A stretch of DNA of 63,253 nt, filler included, from Phoronis australis (GCA_002633005.1; 5 parts of 5 records of this genome joined end to end with filler, not necessarily neighbours in it), one strand, 5' to 3'. Counted from the first letter of the whole stretch, positions 48,567 to 62,418 are shown. Program-made: numbers and translations. Notes: generated from the sequence alone by a model not told the origin.

Positions 48567-51500
48567 ATGTCTGAGTCTATGAAAGTGAAAACTTTTGGTT
48601 TTGGTCTCCGTGCATTCAAAAGATATCCAGAGGTAAGACGAAGCATGTCTGAAGTGCAGAGTTGATAATGAGTTCTTCATGAAACCCCAATAACGTGAAA
48701 TATGTTTTGCCGACCTTTAGAGTCGAATTAAAAGTAAAAGTCTTTATTCATTTGATTGTTTCGGTGACGTTTTAATATTAGGCTAATACAAGAAAGCGGC
48801 ATTCGCTAAGCCTTTTGGTGAAATACATAGAAAAAGTTGTCAACTTTCCACTCGGTTTCTGATGATTGATGGTGGATTTTATATCTGTCGCTTAGCAGTC
48901 TTTTCAGTTCTTGACACCATTTGCCGAATGACCTCAGTGAGTACACTCCTTTGTGGAGTTGTCGGTTTCCCACAAGAGCTTTTTTATACTAAAGTACATT
49001 GCATCTGCTATTCATGTCATCGGTTGCGAATATTCAGATTTTGAATTTGTTATCGATATATGTCTGTTAAGGTAAATTAAGAAAATTGCTTGCTTACTTA
49101 TTTACTTGCCTAGCTATGTATGTATGTATTATTAGTGTTTTTGTATTGTTTGTATAATTTATTTGTTGCCCAGATATAGTTTTCTGGGCAATAATGTATT
49201 AATGTATTTATCTATACTGTCTCATGAAATGAAATAAAAAAATCACAAAAGCCAACCACTAGGTAGAGCTGTGAGTTGCTTTCATATCCCTGTTCAAAAT
49301 TTCCAATTTTCCAAGAATGTGAAGTACTTGTTAAAAACTAATTATAGCACTCCTACGCCCCCACCCACCTCCGCATAAAAAGGCGGTTGGTTGCTCATCG
49401 ATTAACTTACAACCACTTGGAGAATTTTGTTGACCTGACAAGTCTGTAGAGCATGTAAAACATCTCACTTAACACCAGTCATGAAATGGTAAACCTATCA
49501 ACATTTATAGGTCAACTTATCACGTTGCTGTGTGATTAACCTATATTTTGACGGGTGACTCGTGATAACTTAGTAAATCAAACGTACTGGATTTGTCCTG
49601 AAATGACACCTCATCCAGCCTACCTGGACACTCGCGATCATTTCATGGTCGTATTTTTTAGCATACAGCCTGTCTTCATTCTCATTTTTTCAGTAAAAAC
49701 TCAGAAACATGATGTGCCACGTGTTCCGTTTTCCACGAAAAGGATTTTTATTGTATGCCGTTTTCCGTTTTCCGTCCATCTATCCACTTACTGTTTATCG
49801 AGTATCTATCGCCTATGATCTAACACATAAATTTCCTCCGTGACCTTTGCTGAAGCTATGTATCAAATTACTGTGATGTTCATTTACTACGTAAGCCAAC
49901 ACTGCATATGTTTCGCCAAGAGTTATCAGTGTTAATTTCCGTTTATGCCGCGGAATCAGTAGTCGTAATTTGATGGTATTATGTGAACAAATTCCATCCA
50001 AATAACATTTTTATGTGTAGCTCTATTTGGATTTGCACGCAATCAGAGCCTTTTGACAGATAGCGAAAATCGATGCGTGTGCATCCTAGAGCATATAGAT
50101 TTGTTCTGATCCAGAATTTAGAATCTCTCACGCAAGCAGGCGCGGAACGCCTGCTCGGCATGCCAGCAGTTGATATAGGTCAGATGCTACATGTTTACAC
50201 GTCATTGTGATAAACTGGCCATCTTTTATAATCTGCTTGAAATACTACTAAAATTAAGTGATCTCTACAGAACTGACTTCGGTCGCTGGTTATGGTGCTC
50301 GGCATGACGCCATCCCACGGTGCATTGTATAATGAAGTCTCTGATCGCCAATCCGCGTAAAGAGGTCCCTCTATATGACCGCCCGGTCAAGTGGCTTGCC
50401 CAAAAACCAGTTCACGGGGAACTCAACAAAGTAATGATGTGTGCACATTTGAAATGCGACCGAAATCGTATGTTTTTAAGGAAATACTGTATTCTTAATA
50501 TTTCACATATAGGCACGTGACTTTAAGATTCGCTTATGCGGGTGCACGTGGCCATCCCCTGCGTACTGCGTGCATGTCTGCTTGCTCGTCAATCTGTTGT
50601 TCTGTCTGCTTCAGATAATACCGTTGAGCAGTTTCGTTGGTATTGCCGTGGTGGGCTGCGTCGGATACATGGGCTACGCACTCTACACCAAGCCAGATCT
50701 TCAGTTGAGCAAGTCGAAACCGCTCAGGTTCGAAAACGTCGCACCAGAGCAAAGCACCAAGGTGAGGTGCATGCGAAGTTTAGAATGTCCATTTGTTGTT
50801 TGGGCCTTGTTCCATGTAGCGGAGGAACTTCTGAAAACAAGCTCTATAGCCCGTTTACAGAGTGTCAATTTTTGCACATAAAATGTGCCAAGACCCACTG
50901 CCAGTGGTGGATCTAAGCTGATATCGCAAGGGGTTGGGGTACAACCATTGTTTGTCTTTTTTATTCTTACACTGTCGATATTTGGGAAACGGCATGAGCA
51001 CAAACCATTAACAATGTAACCATACAGGTTCAGGTTAAGTACGTGTGCGGCCGTTTTCCCAGAAAGTTCCAGTATTGGTTATACATAATTTTGTGCAAGT
51101 GATGTTTCCATGAAAATCTCGCGTTGCATTTTTACTTTGCCTATGGCCATCATTAGGTGATTGTGTCAGCGTGGGTTATGCCATTTATTGATTGCAGAGT
51201 ACTGTGACGTTTTTCATAATCCGTTTTAATACTGCTTGTGAAAGCTCATATCAAAATGAAGAGTTCACCAGTTTCTCCGGTTAGTTTGCAAATTTGCATT
51301 AACTTTATTTACAACAAGAATTCATGAAAGGACAGTAAACCCGCGGCTTCTGTCAGCTTAACCCATTCACTGCTATAAATTGGTCTCGTTAGATTAGAAT
51401 TTCTAGCCTTCTTACTCATCAATAAATTATTTCTTCAACCCAGACCTATCAGGGGAAAACACGCCTGCTTCTCGAAATATGTTCAATAATGAAATTTATT

Positions 51501-51955
51501 TGCACCAGTGTACTATCCTATGAAAGACGAAATGACATCAGTCAGCGGTGTGTTGTAAAGCCTTATTTGCATTGGTGTTAGGTACACTGATGAATGTTCT
51601 GTGGTAATGTTATACTGGTACATTCAGGAATTATGACCATTTTGTGAATGTTATGTTGGGATATTATGCTGGTACAATGCCATGTTATGTTACAATGTTA
51701 CATGTGTACAATGCCATGTTATGTTACAGTGTTACATGTGTACAATGCCGTGTTATGCTACATGTGCACAATAACATGTTATGTTACAATATTACATGTG
51801 CACAATAACATGTTATGTTACAATGTTACATGTGTTCAGTGCACTCAGAATTAACATTACTAAATCTATTTCAGCTCATCCAAATCAGCCAACAGTACAA
51901 GGCCATTCCCGAACTAGAGGCTTTGAGGAAAGAGATAGGAAGTTACAAGTCATAG
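48567..51955 (+). CDS. NMES1/C15orf48-NDUFA4 (COXFA4/MLRQ) family small mitochondrial complex IV subunit, 97 aa; exons 48567-48632, 50615-50761, 51875-51955
   Basis: Phase-0 splicing gives MSESMKVKTFGFGLRAFKRYPE|IIPLSSFVGIAVVGCVGYMGYALYTKPDLQLSKSKPLRFENVAPEQSTK|LIQISQQYKAIPELEALRKEIGSYKS*, matching the family E-L/I-IPL-TM-(P)D...KL..NQ.YK..EL pattern. Confidence 0.88.
51673..51836. repeat. 34-bp minisatellite, about 5 copies, intronic
   Basis: tacaatgccatgttatgttacaatgttacatgtg is repeated. Confidence 0.85.
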
Positions 51956-54900
51956 ACATCGCACAAAGGAACAACATCACTCCCTCTGTACATAACTCTT
52001 ATAATCCTAGTCAATTCACCTGCATTTTAAAGATGTTATGAACAACAAGATGTTTACAAACTGGGCGAATACTCGTCATATCTGTACAACTCCGTTTATT
52101 GTGAATGCACCTTCGGGTTTCCAGCTACTACTGTGTATGTAGATTTCCGACGAAGCGTGACCAATGCAACTTGTTTAAGTGACAAGAGACCAGGATCAGA
52201 TGTCATATCTCAAGATGCCTTTTTATTCACTCGCAATCGTTGGAGCATAAATCCAATTTTAGGGTTGTACAAGCTGATAGAAATCTATTATTTGTTTGTA
52301 GTTGTTGAAAGGGTTTCTGTAACAGCTACAATGTGGGTTTGTGTTTTGATACATGTTGGTGGGAATACCCTGGAGGTATGATCGATCAATAACAATTTAA
52401 TAGCTGATTTGTATCCGCAAAACTGAACGAAACTTACGGGAACAAGAAGTAATATTTACGTGTATACTTTGTGGGGTTCCTGAAAACTGTCTTTTGGCTG
52501 ACGAAAGGTATAGCCTCAGATACTTAGCGACCTGACTTTTGGCATCTGACAGTATCTGTGTTCACTGGCCTGAAACGGCCTATGTTCTGCTTCATTGGGC
52601 ACCGCCACTTGGTTAATGGTAATGTTTTGATGTGATTTAGGTGTTCGGGACTAATGTATTTCATTAGTCTGTTTGGCATTCTGGACTTATCTCCGATTTT
52701 CGTAGGTATATCTTGCTTAGGCCAAGGTGTCTTGTCTCCATGGCAGCTGCCATTTGATTCGTTGTCAGTCTTAAGTAAAATAGGCGTAGCCGGAGAAGAA
52801 TTGCGGGATTATTTTTTACCGGCCCTCCAAAGTTTGTGTGCTGTGACAACGGTGCCTTACGAGATAAGTAATTTATTGGCGTTAGCATGCGAATAATTCC
52901 AGATACTTAATTTATTGAATAAAATATTGTTTTTTTTTTCTGAAACCGATTGTCTTAATTTCATTTGCTAACTAAAGGAAAAGTTCAAAACTTATAGAAC
53001 GCTGTCTTGGCAATATGGCCACTACCTTGGGTTATCCCGTCTCGGAACACAATAGTTAGCGAAGATTGTTTAAATTTTGTGGTCCTCCTAAAACCCCGGG
53101 GTCTTGAAATAAAGCAAAACGACACTTCTCGTTTGATTTTTCCGATTATACTGTGGTCCGATTAGAGCTCATAGATGTTATTTTTGACTCGTCAATACTT
53201 TCTTGTTTTATCTTACTTTGAAGTTACCGGAAGCATGCATTTTTGACCCGCCGCTGGAGCGCTCCATATAACTGATTTCCACTATAAATGGACGACCTTG
53301 GTGTTGCCCCAACTACCGGATGGCACGATGCCAAGTGCTAAATGAAGAAGGCCTTTTTAGCGATTCCTAATGAAACACAAACATACTAATGAAAAATGAT
53401 AACTTTCATGAGGTAACAAATTAACTTCCCTGCAGTAAGTTACGTAACCCTCACCAAGTATGCCCGGGTGTGAAAGCCAATGCAGGGAAAGTTCAATAAC
53501 ACTTGACCTCGCTAAAATGCCAGACATCGCGAGATTATGCGAAATTTTACCGTGTATTTTAAATGAGAGCACGTGATTTTGGCTAGAATTTTCTCGCCGC
53601 GAAACCGCTGCTGAACTCTACCCAGGAGTGTGTTCCGTGCATGCGAGAATATCGTAAAAACGCAAGATCTCGATTTGTATCACAGCGAAGTACGTACACT
53701 TCTAGCGCAATTCCTTCGCGAGATTCACGCGTCTATGGAACTCGACCACTGAGACCCAACTTGACCAAGTTTTGATTTAGGCCACTTATCGTTCTAAAAT
53801 TGACCTTATCTCTTTCCTCACCCAGTTTCAAAGTGATTTCTGTTATCGGGAAGTGATAAACCTTACTTTTCAGATCACGGTGACCTGAAATTTTATTAAC
53901 TTGGTCTCAAGCTACAACTAATTTCTTTCGGAGCCCTGAAAGCGCCTCTATTTTTGATTCAATTTGAGACAATTTTGGCCAAAATCAAATCTGTTTTTTT
54001 GACAGAGAGCACGGGTTTCATGGAAGTTGCAAGTACTAACTTAAAATATACAGGACACAGAAATAACACTCAATTTAGGTATGCGTTTATGCAAAGAATA
54101 GATGTCTGCGCCTATCGGCATTGAGTTATATTACACCGCGTATGCGCCGTGTATTTAGGCCCACGGCGCCAACCTCCAAATAATGTAATTTTACTCCGTT
54201 GTTTCCCATATAGACACAGATCAGTGTCCTTACACGCGCGTCCGTTGCTGTGGATACAGGCACGCAGGCTTGCCGATGCGTTCTATTAGTTTCGCTTGTG
54301 AAATTTCACGCTATTAGAAGAAATAGCCGTGATTAACTGTTGCAAATTCTTTTCAATGATTTCACATACCCGTGAATGATGAGCAAGACTAACAGACTGT
54401 CTAGAGACTACATTATTAATTGAAACATATCTGAATAATGTATAACGTCTAGAAGGGAATGAAAGAAATCAATAACCTTCCGAATAAAAACAGTGAAAAT
54501 GCCAACAGTTTCCAGCAAAAACAGACTGCGTGTCTTCGAAACGAAATTCGAATTGGAGTGGGCCTTTAACACTAATGACGTCGGTCTCCTAATCTTCCTA
54601 ACACGGGTGATAGGATTCTATTCCCGCTACCAGCAAGAATATAGAAACCGTCAGCGACTAAAGAAAACGCTTCAGAGCAAATTCAAAAATGGCGCATACC
54701 TGTGACTTAACTTGCCGAGTAAATCGGCAATAATCACAATAATATAGAAGGTCGGTTGAGCGCGGTAATATTTCTAAATCCCACTTCGCTTCCGTTAAGA
54801 ATTTAACATTGCCAGACAAAAAAGGGGCGAAATGGAACTTTTTAAAGCTTTTTATAATACGAACGTATACACGCACTAGCGGATCATGTTGTGAACGCCA

Positions 54901-57900
54901 TCTTGAACAAGAAGTGCCTTCTGAACATGTGACAAACCGACACTTCATTGTTACTTGAGACCAGTGATCGTCGTACAAAATGACACGCCGTGATAAGCCA
55001 GCTTATTGCCGGAGCCTGAACTCGAGCAAAACTAATCCTTTCTTTCCAAGTTCAGAAATCGCCTCTAATGACTAAGGAACCATTTAACTGAGACCAAATT
55101 CGTGGATCTAACTATTTAAGTTTATTTTTTGACGGAAGGTGCGGAGGCTCTTTGAATTCAATGACCATTGCTAACACAAGGGACGCGCCTGACGTATACT
55201 CGGTTTAAAGTGATATTGGCTTCAAAGCGGGCTTTAGTTGGCGGCAACTCTTGCCTGAGGTGTAGGACTATTTCATCAGTTTTCTAATGGCTAAAAAAAA
55301 CAATCCACAACGGTTCCTCAGTGACTTCGCGGCTCGATTTTACACTATGTCTCAGAAAAGTGAATGGTATATGTTTTTTAAATGATATAGCAATGCATCG
55401 GCTCAAAACAAAAATTATTGGTTCACATGGCAGAGAGGCCACAGGGCACGGCCCCACTTATGTTCGGAGGGGTTTGCCTGGTCCAAGCACAAGTCGTGAG
55501 GTTCGACTCCTCAGCGCCGTTTCATTTCAACCAATGGTAATGACTGGAAAGTTTTGGCGTCCGTTTCACCACTGTAACTAATGATAAACAACATTCAACG
55601 GAGCCACCTTTCGTAGCACCGTAAAAGAGTGTAGAGATTATTATTACTTGTTGTATTGTTACATATTATATTATGTTGTTACTATTTATTAATTCACAAT
55701 AACTTTTAAATTATTTACTGTGGCCGCATCCTGACTGGGAAATGGGAACGTTTTTTACGAATTGCGGAACGAAATAACAAAATTTACTGTTCATAAGTAA
55801 CCTTCATTAATAGTCTGGATATGTGTATCCATCTTAACAATAACAAATTAGCTGTCAATCTATCACTTTAATCTAATAGTAATGATCAGAGCCCTAGAAG
55901 CATGGGCGCATCCAGTGGCAAATTGGCCGGGCAAAAAGGTCTGCCTCAATGAAACAAAAAGACCGAGCAAACGAGAGAAAAGTGCACAAAGTACATAGAA
56001 ATTCGGCGCGGATGCGCAATTCGTAGAGTGGTTCGGGTTTTTTAGTCCCCGTTGATTTTTCTCAGTAGAAGGTCCGCGTACCGAGAAATTTTAGGCTGGG
56101 TGCGCGCATGATAACGCATTGCGTTGCTCTTGTTTGCAAATCATTGAGCAGCTCCTGTTCATAGTCTGGTGCACGCGTATGAGTAGCTAAAATTCACTTA
56201 TGTGCTAATAGTGGACGTGAGTTGGACACTAGCCTACTGCAGCATTTTTGTGGGTCCACAAAATTTCCCTTGATCTGTCGACAGATTCTCAGGATGAAAC
56301 TTCACACCGAAGTTTATGTCTGGGATGCGCCAGTACCACTTGATTTTCAGACAAATTTAAGTGTCGTGTTAGTCCGTTTTCAACAAAACATAGTGTGGCC
56401 AACTAAGTGTCAAAACGGCTCAAAAGTGTTTAGTGAGACAGGACATACAGATGTGGCTGAGGTGCGTCGGTCTTGGTCGATTTTCGTGCAATTAGTTTGA
56501 GGTGCACATTTCTTTTCTATCGTACGTGGTATGGACGTCTGTTACATTATTTTAATCGTATGGCTTCGTAGCCTACTTTATAATTTACCACAGGAAATGC
56601 ACTTGAAGGAACTGTTCCGTTAAAGGCGTTCTGAGCCTTGCAGCCGTCGGCGGGTACTTCAGTAGTATGTCGTTTGTTTTGATTTTTGTTTTGAGAAGGG
56701 TCTTAAACATCAAATCCAGAAATAAACGTAACACTTCTTGTTTTCTATAAGTACATGGTTATACTCTGGTCAGAATGGATCTCTGGGTGTTATTTTGTAA
56801 TAAGCGGCTTCATTCTTACTTTGAAGTTGGTCACTGATTTTTCACACGCCGCCATTGTAAACCAATGTGCCCTTAACCAACGGCTGATAGTCAACTCAAT
56901 AAAATGCTGATAAAAACGACTTTTCTCCGGTTCGAGAACTGGATGGTGTCAAAAAATGTCTCCAGATGGACTGTGTATTCAATAGGAATCTGGACTTGGT
57001 TCTTAGTGTTTTTTGGGGGCGGAAGGGGGNNNNNNNNNNNNNNNNNNNNNNNNNNNNNNNNNNNNNNNNNNNNNNNNNNNNNNNNNNNNNNNNNNNNNNN
57101 NNNNNNNNNNNNNNNNNNNNNNNNNNNNNNNNNNNNNNNNNNNNNNNNNNNNNNNNNNNNNNNNNNNNNNNNNNNNNNNNNNNNNNNNNNNNNNNNNNNN
57201 NNNNNNNNNNNNNNNNNNNNNNNNNNNNNNNNNNNNNNNNNATAGATTTACTGGACTACAATCAGGAATTTCGTTGACTACCCCCACATCAGTCGCTACC
57301 CATTTCAGATCCCATCTGTATTGGCACGGATCCAGGGGGTCAAGACCCGGCCCACGCTCGAATGCCTAGGTTGTCCGAATTTTTAGGGATTAATTTTCGA
57401 AAAAAGGTCTGGATGTCTGTTTAGTGGATGTTGCAAGGGGGGACGTCTTTTTTTAAATATGTTTTTGTTGGTGCCTCCAGTGACTTCTGAGACCCCCCCT
57501 TCCTGAACAAAATAGTATCTGCCCATCCTCCAACCGCTCATGCATCCAGTCACCACTGATTAGTCAGCTCTAGCTTGAGATGTATTTCCCGTAATTTTTG
57601 TTGGGCTTTGCTGCCCGAATTTTTTCTCAAATTACTCGAGTTTTCGTCAGTATTTTTTGCAATACACCGCTCCTCTCGATATTATAAACAAAAGACACTC
57701 TACAATTTTAAATTTGACAAAATAAAATCGGACACGATTGTCACGCCTACACCCGTACTTTCTCATCGCACACGCTCGCTAAGTGTCACTTCTGTCCATG
57801 AAACAATATTGGCTGGTGGTAACTCATGTTGTTGACTAAATCCTTTCATTTTGCTTAGCTGTGAACAGTGTTTCCAAAGAAGCTGTTGGCGGCGCTGCTG

Positions 57901-57911
57901 TATATCTAAAC

Positions 57912-59731
57912 ATGGCCACCCCCATACGTTTCGTGAATCGACTGTTTTATTGCCAAGCATTTTCCGCGCCACTACCCGGTATGCAGACTTTTAAAGTATT
58001 CTGCAGCAACGAGGCCACTCAACGAAAAATTTGCATCGGTGATAGTGCAGAAATGACTCGGGTGTTTACAGATGAAGACGTCAAAACATTTGCAAGCTTA
58101 GTTTGTGATAACAACCCAATTCACACAGACGAGCAATATGCCAAGAGCTCCAGATTTCGAGGACCAGTTGTTCATGGAATACTCGTTACAGGGTAATAGG
58201 AATGCACAAAACATGCATTTGGTCATTCAACCCTCCATCTGGCATATAGTTAGATGCCCTCCCTGCGTTTTGTTTTGCCAACCTATAATTATCTCTGCAA
58301 GTCGGAGCCAGTCACATAGTCATAGGCCTACCACTGACACTTATAGGCCTACTGCTCACATTTTCTGGTTTTCCTTACAGTTTTTCAAACTGCAGTTTTC
58401 AAAGAAATTTGACGAAATTCGGAATGTGTGACCTTCTCGATAGTTTAAAACGATGCCCCAGTGTCGTACCGCATACCTTCAAAACTCCGTCCCCTCTACA
58501 ACAGTGTTCTGGAACAACCTACCTACCCACGTTGTTGGTGCTGCGCACTTCTCGCACATTGCACTGCACCCTCACACTAGACTCTTGTTCATGCACATCT
58601 CACTATTGCACTTTTGATTTTGTAACATGCGCCACTTCACTATACTCGACTTCGAGTGTGAAGTGTTACTAGAGAGATAGATAGAATCCCAAAATTAAAG
58701 AAATTTGTTGGTGAAAAAGACCACCTTCAAAATGAAAACTTCGATGTCTGTTCCTGGTTCAGTTTCTAAATCAGCCAATGGTATTCAAGTACAAACTAGG
58801 TCATTAGGTTATCTGTTGACGTCTTTTCATCAGTCACAACACCAAGATAGAGTCAAGAGCAAGGCGTGTGTAGAAAATGTTGACATTTTTGCCGACCTCT
58901 TTCATTAAATGACTTTTCTGTTTAAGTTAGGAACTGGTACTGTATTATGCTTCATTCAGACGTTACAACTACCACCGGTACGATTTTACTTTGCAATATT
59001 TGGGCAAATTGTGTTCCGTGGATTAACAACCTTGTGGAGCGTGTCTGTAAATTCTTATTTACAGATGGGTTACGTATCTAGTGGGATCAGGCAAAAACTT
59101 TCTAGTGAAAATGTACCGAAAACCAGAAGGTCCTACAAGATCAAACATGGTTGTCCATAAACTTTGCCCTTTTTAATGCTTGTTGATCCTAGATACTCTT
59201 GTAATCAAGTTCAATCCAATTACCAGCACAATTTACTTGGCCTCAGGTTGGAAATTGTCTCTTGAAAGCTGTGTTTTCATATGGCCAAGGTCACAACTTA
59301 TTTTGGTCACCTGACCATCATAATTGACATAAAAAGGAAACACTGAAAGGGAGATAATTGCAGATTTGCCAGAGTGTATTTTTAACCAATCTATTATAAA
59401 TAACAAATTGTCTTGTATTCTTTATAAGATCAAAATGTACCAAATCGGTCGAGCATTTGAGTTACAGAGCCATTACTTGTACGCCTACATTGTCCACAGG
59501 TGATGTATTACCTACAAGATAAGATACATAAGTTCCTGCGTATATACTGCGAATTTATACATATTGCTGGCTTCAATTCAACTTGGCAATGTGATGATTG
59601 GGTGGTTGTTGTTATGTATCTCTAATGATGTTTATTTCTGTTTTAAAGACTATTTTCATCTCTGATTGGGACAAAGATGCCAGGACATGGAACTATTCTC
59701 GTGTCACAGAATCTTCAGTTCAAAGCACCAG
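57912..59731 (+). CDS. HTD2: Mitochondrial hydroxyacyl-thioester dehydratase type 2 (MaoC/hot-dog fold), 3'-partial; exons 57912-58192 and 59649-59731
   Basis: Arg-rich presequence-like N-terminus, then IGDSAEMTRVFTDEDVKTFASLVCDNNPIHTDEQYAK..RF..PVVHGILVTG|LFSSLIGTKMPGHGTILVSQNLQFKAP. The last exon was not found before the gap. Confidence 0.85.
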
Positions 59732-61319
59732 GTAAGCTTGATCGGCTCATCACTGCTGCTTTCCAGAGGAACTTGCGATGTATGCAGACATAGCTAAAAG
59801 GATTCTAACCCTGCAGTAGTGATTTTGTTGATGTCACCTAAAACTGTCTCTGTCCTCTGCTACTGTTCGATTATTACCTCCTGTGCTACTGTTTGATTAT
59901 TACCTCCCCTGAGAGATTAAAACTGAATCCCCATCCTCAAGGTGTCACCTAGGTCTATTACTCCCAGGTGTCACAAAGGGGATAATATGCTCTATCCTCG
60001 AAGTCTCACCTGTCAATAGTGTCACTGGAGTTTTTGTAGTGCTTGCTATTGTAAGGAATTTTTGTCCTAACTCCAAACTTTTGACAAGGTTACCACAGGA
60101 TTTAAGTTAGTAGTTTACAGAGGCTGAAGCATTGTTACTGTAGTATCTTTTTAGTCTTTAGCGTTAAGTCTGAATGAAGAGAGACCTTTTCTACACCAAA
60201 TACATCACACAATAGTCGATGATTAAGAACGTAATGTCTCTGAAACAGTATGCAAAAACAAAAATTGTGAATATAATATAAAATTGTCAAATCAAATCTC
60301 CGGCTATAAGCCATGCGGCAAGCCTTAAATGGTTACAGACAAGGCATGGGAACTATTCCATTACCATGCCTCTCATTAAAGGTGGTATAAACCTGCCTTG
60401 CCTAAAAACAATAGGTCTCAACTTGTTTGTTACTCAAATTTGAGGCAATTCATGGACTATAAAAGAACTGACAGTTTATCTGCTTGGGACCAGGTTAAGC
60501 AAGCTGGCTTGTCCATGCTATGAACATTCCCACTAAATAAGATTGGTCCTAACCCCAGTGGTTAAGGTAAACGGTGGGGTATGGAAAATTGAACTAGACC
60601 GTATTTATCCACCTTGGCTGAGTCGCGCTCGGCTCACGATCAAAGGGATGCCGCCAAGCTGCTCTAGTCATCGAGTCACGAGCGAGGATAATTGGCTTCG
60701 CTCATGCGGATATGATCAGCTGATTACAATCTAGCTAGCAGACTGTACTTTTTATGGAGAGAGTTTTACGTAGTTTTTACTGTAATATTTGAAAAGAGGA
60801 GCGAAAACAAATATGAGTACAACTTTGAATTTTTCAAATCGGCCCAGGATAAGAGATTTTGCAACACAGCAACACTCACGATTACTTTCATTCGGCGCGC
60901 ACTAATACAAAAATATAGGACCCAAGTTATTTAGATTTTGGAACACATGCATTGCAATATTCAAAATACGTNNNNNNNNNNNNNNNNNNNNNNNNNNNNN
61001 NNNNNNNNNNNNNNNTTAATTAATTAANNNNNNNNNNNNNNNNNNNNNNNNNNNNNNNNNNNNNNNNNNNNGTAAGTGTTTGATAATTCGCATCCTTCTT
61101 CACCAGTGTCACCTCTGTGGGTTTCAACCTAATTCCCCATGGTCACAACCAATTTCACCCTATAGTTTTAGAGCTTTCCCATATTTTTTTCATTAGGTAC
61201 ACTTGTGTTTCCCAAATTTTCCTTGATTTTCGTTCCCACCCTCTCTCTCACCCAATCTGCCAATTCTTGTATCTGATTGTGCTCAAAATAACCAACTATT
61301 CTTCTACTTCTATTTTTAG

Positions 61320-61898
61320 TCCCAGTTGTAGAGATAAAAGAAGTCAAGATTGGAAAAGATGCGTCAGAGTATTTCAAAGGCTCCAAAGTGAGTGCATTTT
61401 CTTGTTAAAACATATTTTCTGCATTTTAATATTTTAGATTTTAGCTTGTTGCCACACTTTTAGGTGGTAATATTTTGGTGCCGAGTGTGGCCTAATTTTT
61501 TTTGACTTAAAAGTGGATTTTCAAAAAATAATCTCTCCAAACCCCCAGTTTAGGACCAAGATTATCCTTTACTAGGCCCGAGAGCATCGTCTCATGCTAA
61601 ACATTTCTCCTGCAATGTACTGTAACTGTAATGTAAATCTCCAGAACTGTGTTGTATCATGTGCGTTTCATAACGAGTTGCTGCATAGTGTATTGAATGG
61701 TTCTCTACTCTAACTTGTAGCTGCGGAGTAACAACAATGTATTAAGTGGTTCTCTATTCTATCGTGTAGGTGCAGGGTTATCAGCATATCTTCACAGTAC
61801 TACTGGACACCAGTGAACAGCCGGTTAACTTCATAGCACCGAGTGAGCAGGAGTTTTTCATGTGGTTGGATGGTATTGACGCCTTGCTGGGCAATACA
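61320..61898 (+). CDS. ELMO/CED-12-like C-terminal PH-domain exons (61320-61387, 61770-61898), partial
   Basis: PVVEIKEVKIGKD...|...FTVLLDTSEQPVNFIAPSEQEFFMWLDGIDALLG resembles the ELMO PH LPVADIKAVVTGKD...LNFIAP...WTDGLNALLG. Canonical splice sites. Confidence 0.75.
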
Positions 61899-61912
61899 GT
61901 AAGTTGTGTTAA

Positions 61913-62418
61913 GGCCTCTTCATACCGACTTAACTCTGGTCTGAGCGGAGCATCGACGTAAACTGTCAAGTTAACTGAACCGTTCATACTGGCTTTGGTA
62001 GTTAACAGACATTGAAGTAAACGGTTGGTGACGCTGTTGCCATCGAAGTATTCACAAGGTAGCGCTTTACACTAAGGTTTTTTAAATGTGACAATTTGGG
62101 AACATTTACATGTGCTAATTGACATAAAACTTATTTTTAATTCGATTAGTGGTTATTCAAGCAATATATAATAACTATTAGCGAATACACTATACCCTTT
62201 AATTATTGACGATAACAGTGGCACCTGGTGTTAGCTTCGGTGGGACCAAAGTTGACCATTCATACTGCACTGCAACATCGACGCTCCGCTACTAAATCCA
62301 CCTGTTTAGTGCAAAGTTAATTGGCGCTGTTAACTTCGATCCAGGAGCAAAGTTAATCGTTCATACTGACTGCAACTCCCCAAAACATTGACGCGTTGAC
62401 GTTAGTGTGAAAGGCCCT
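61913..62418. mobile_element. Harbinger-like MITE
   Basis: ttaa ggcctcttcatac ... gtgtgaaaggccc ttaa form imperfect TIRs with TAA/TTAA flanks and internal gttcatactg repeats. Confidence 0.6.

Noticed and set aside
51956-52920. miR-147/miR-210-like hairpin in the NMES1-like 3' UTR, as in vertebrate C15orf48
   Set aside because: Only a loose match near 52835, with no complementary arm visible. Small-RNA data would be needed.
55600-57911. RPP14 cistron upstream of HTD2, as in the vertebrate bicistronic mRNA
   Set aside because: No RPP14-like exon is recognisable, and a gap interrupts the region.
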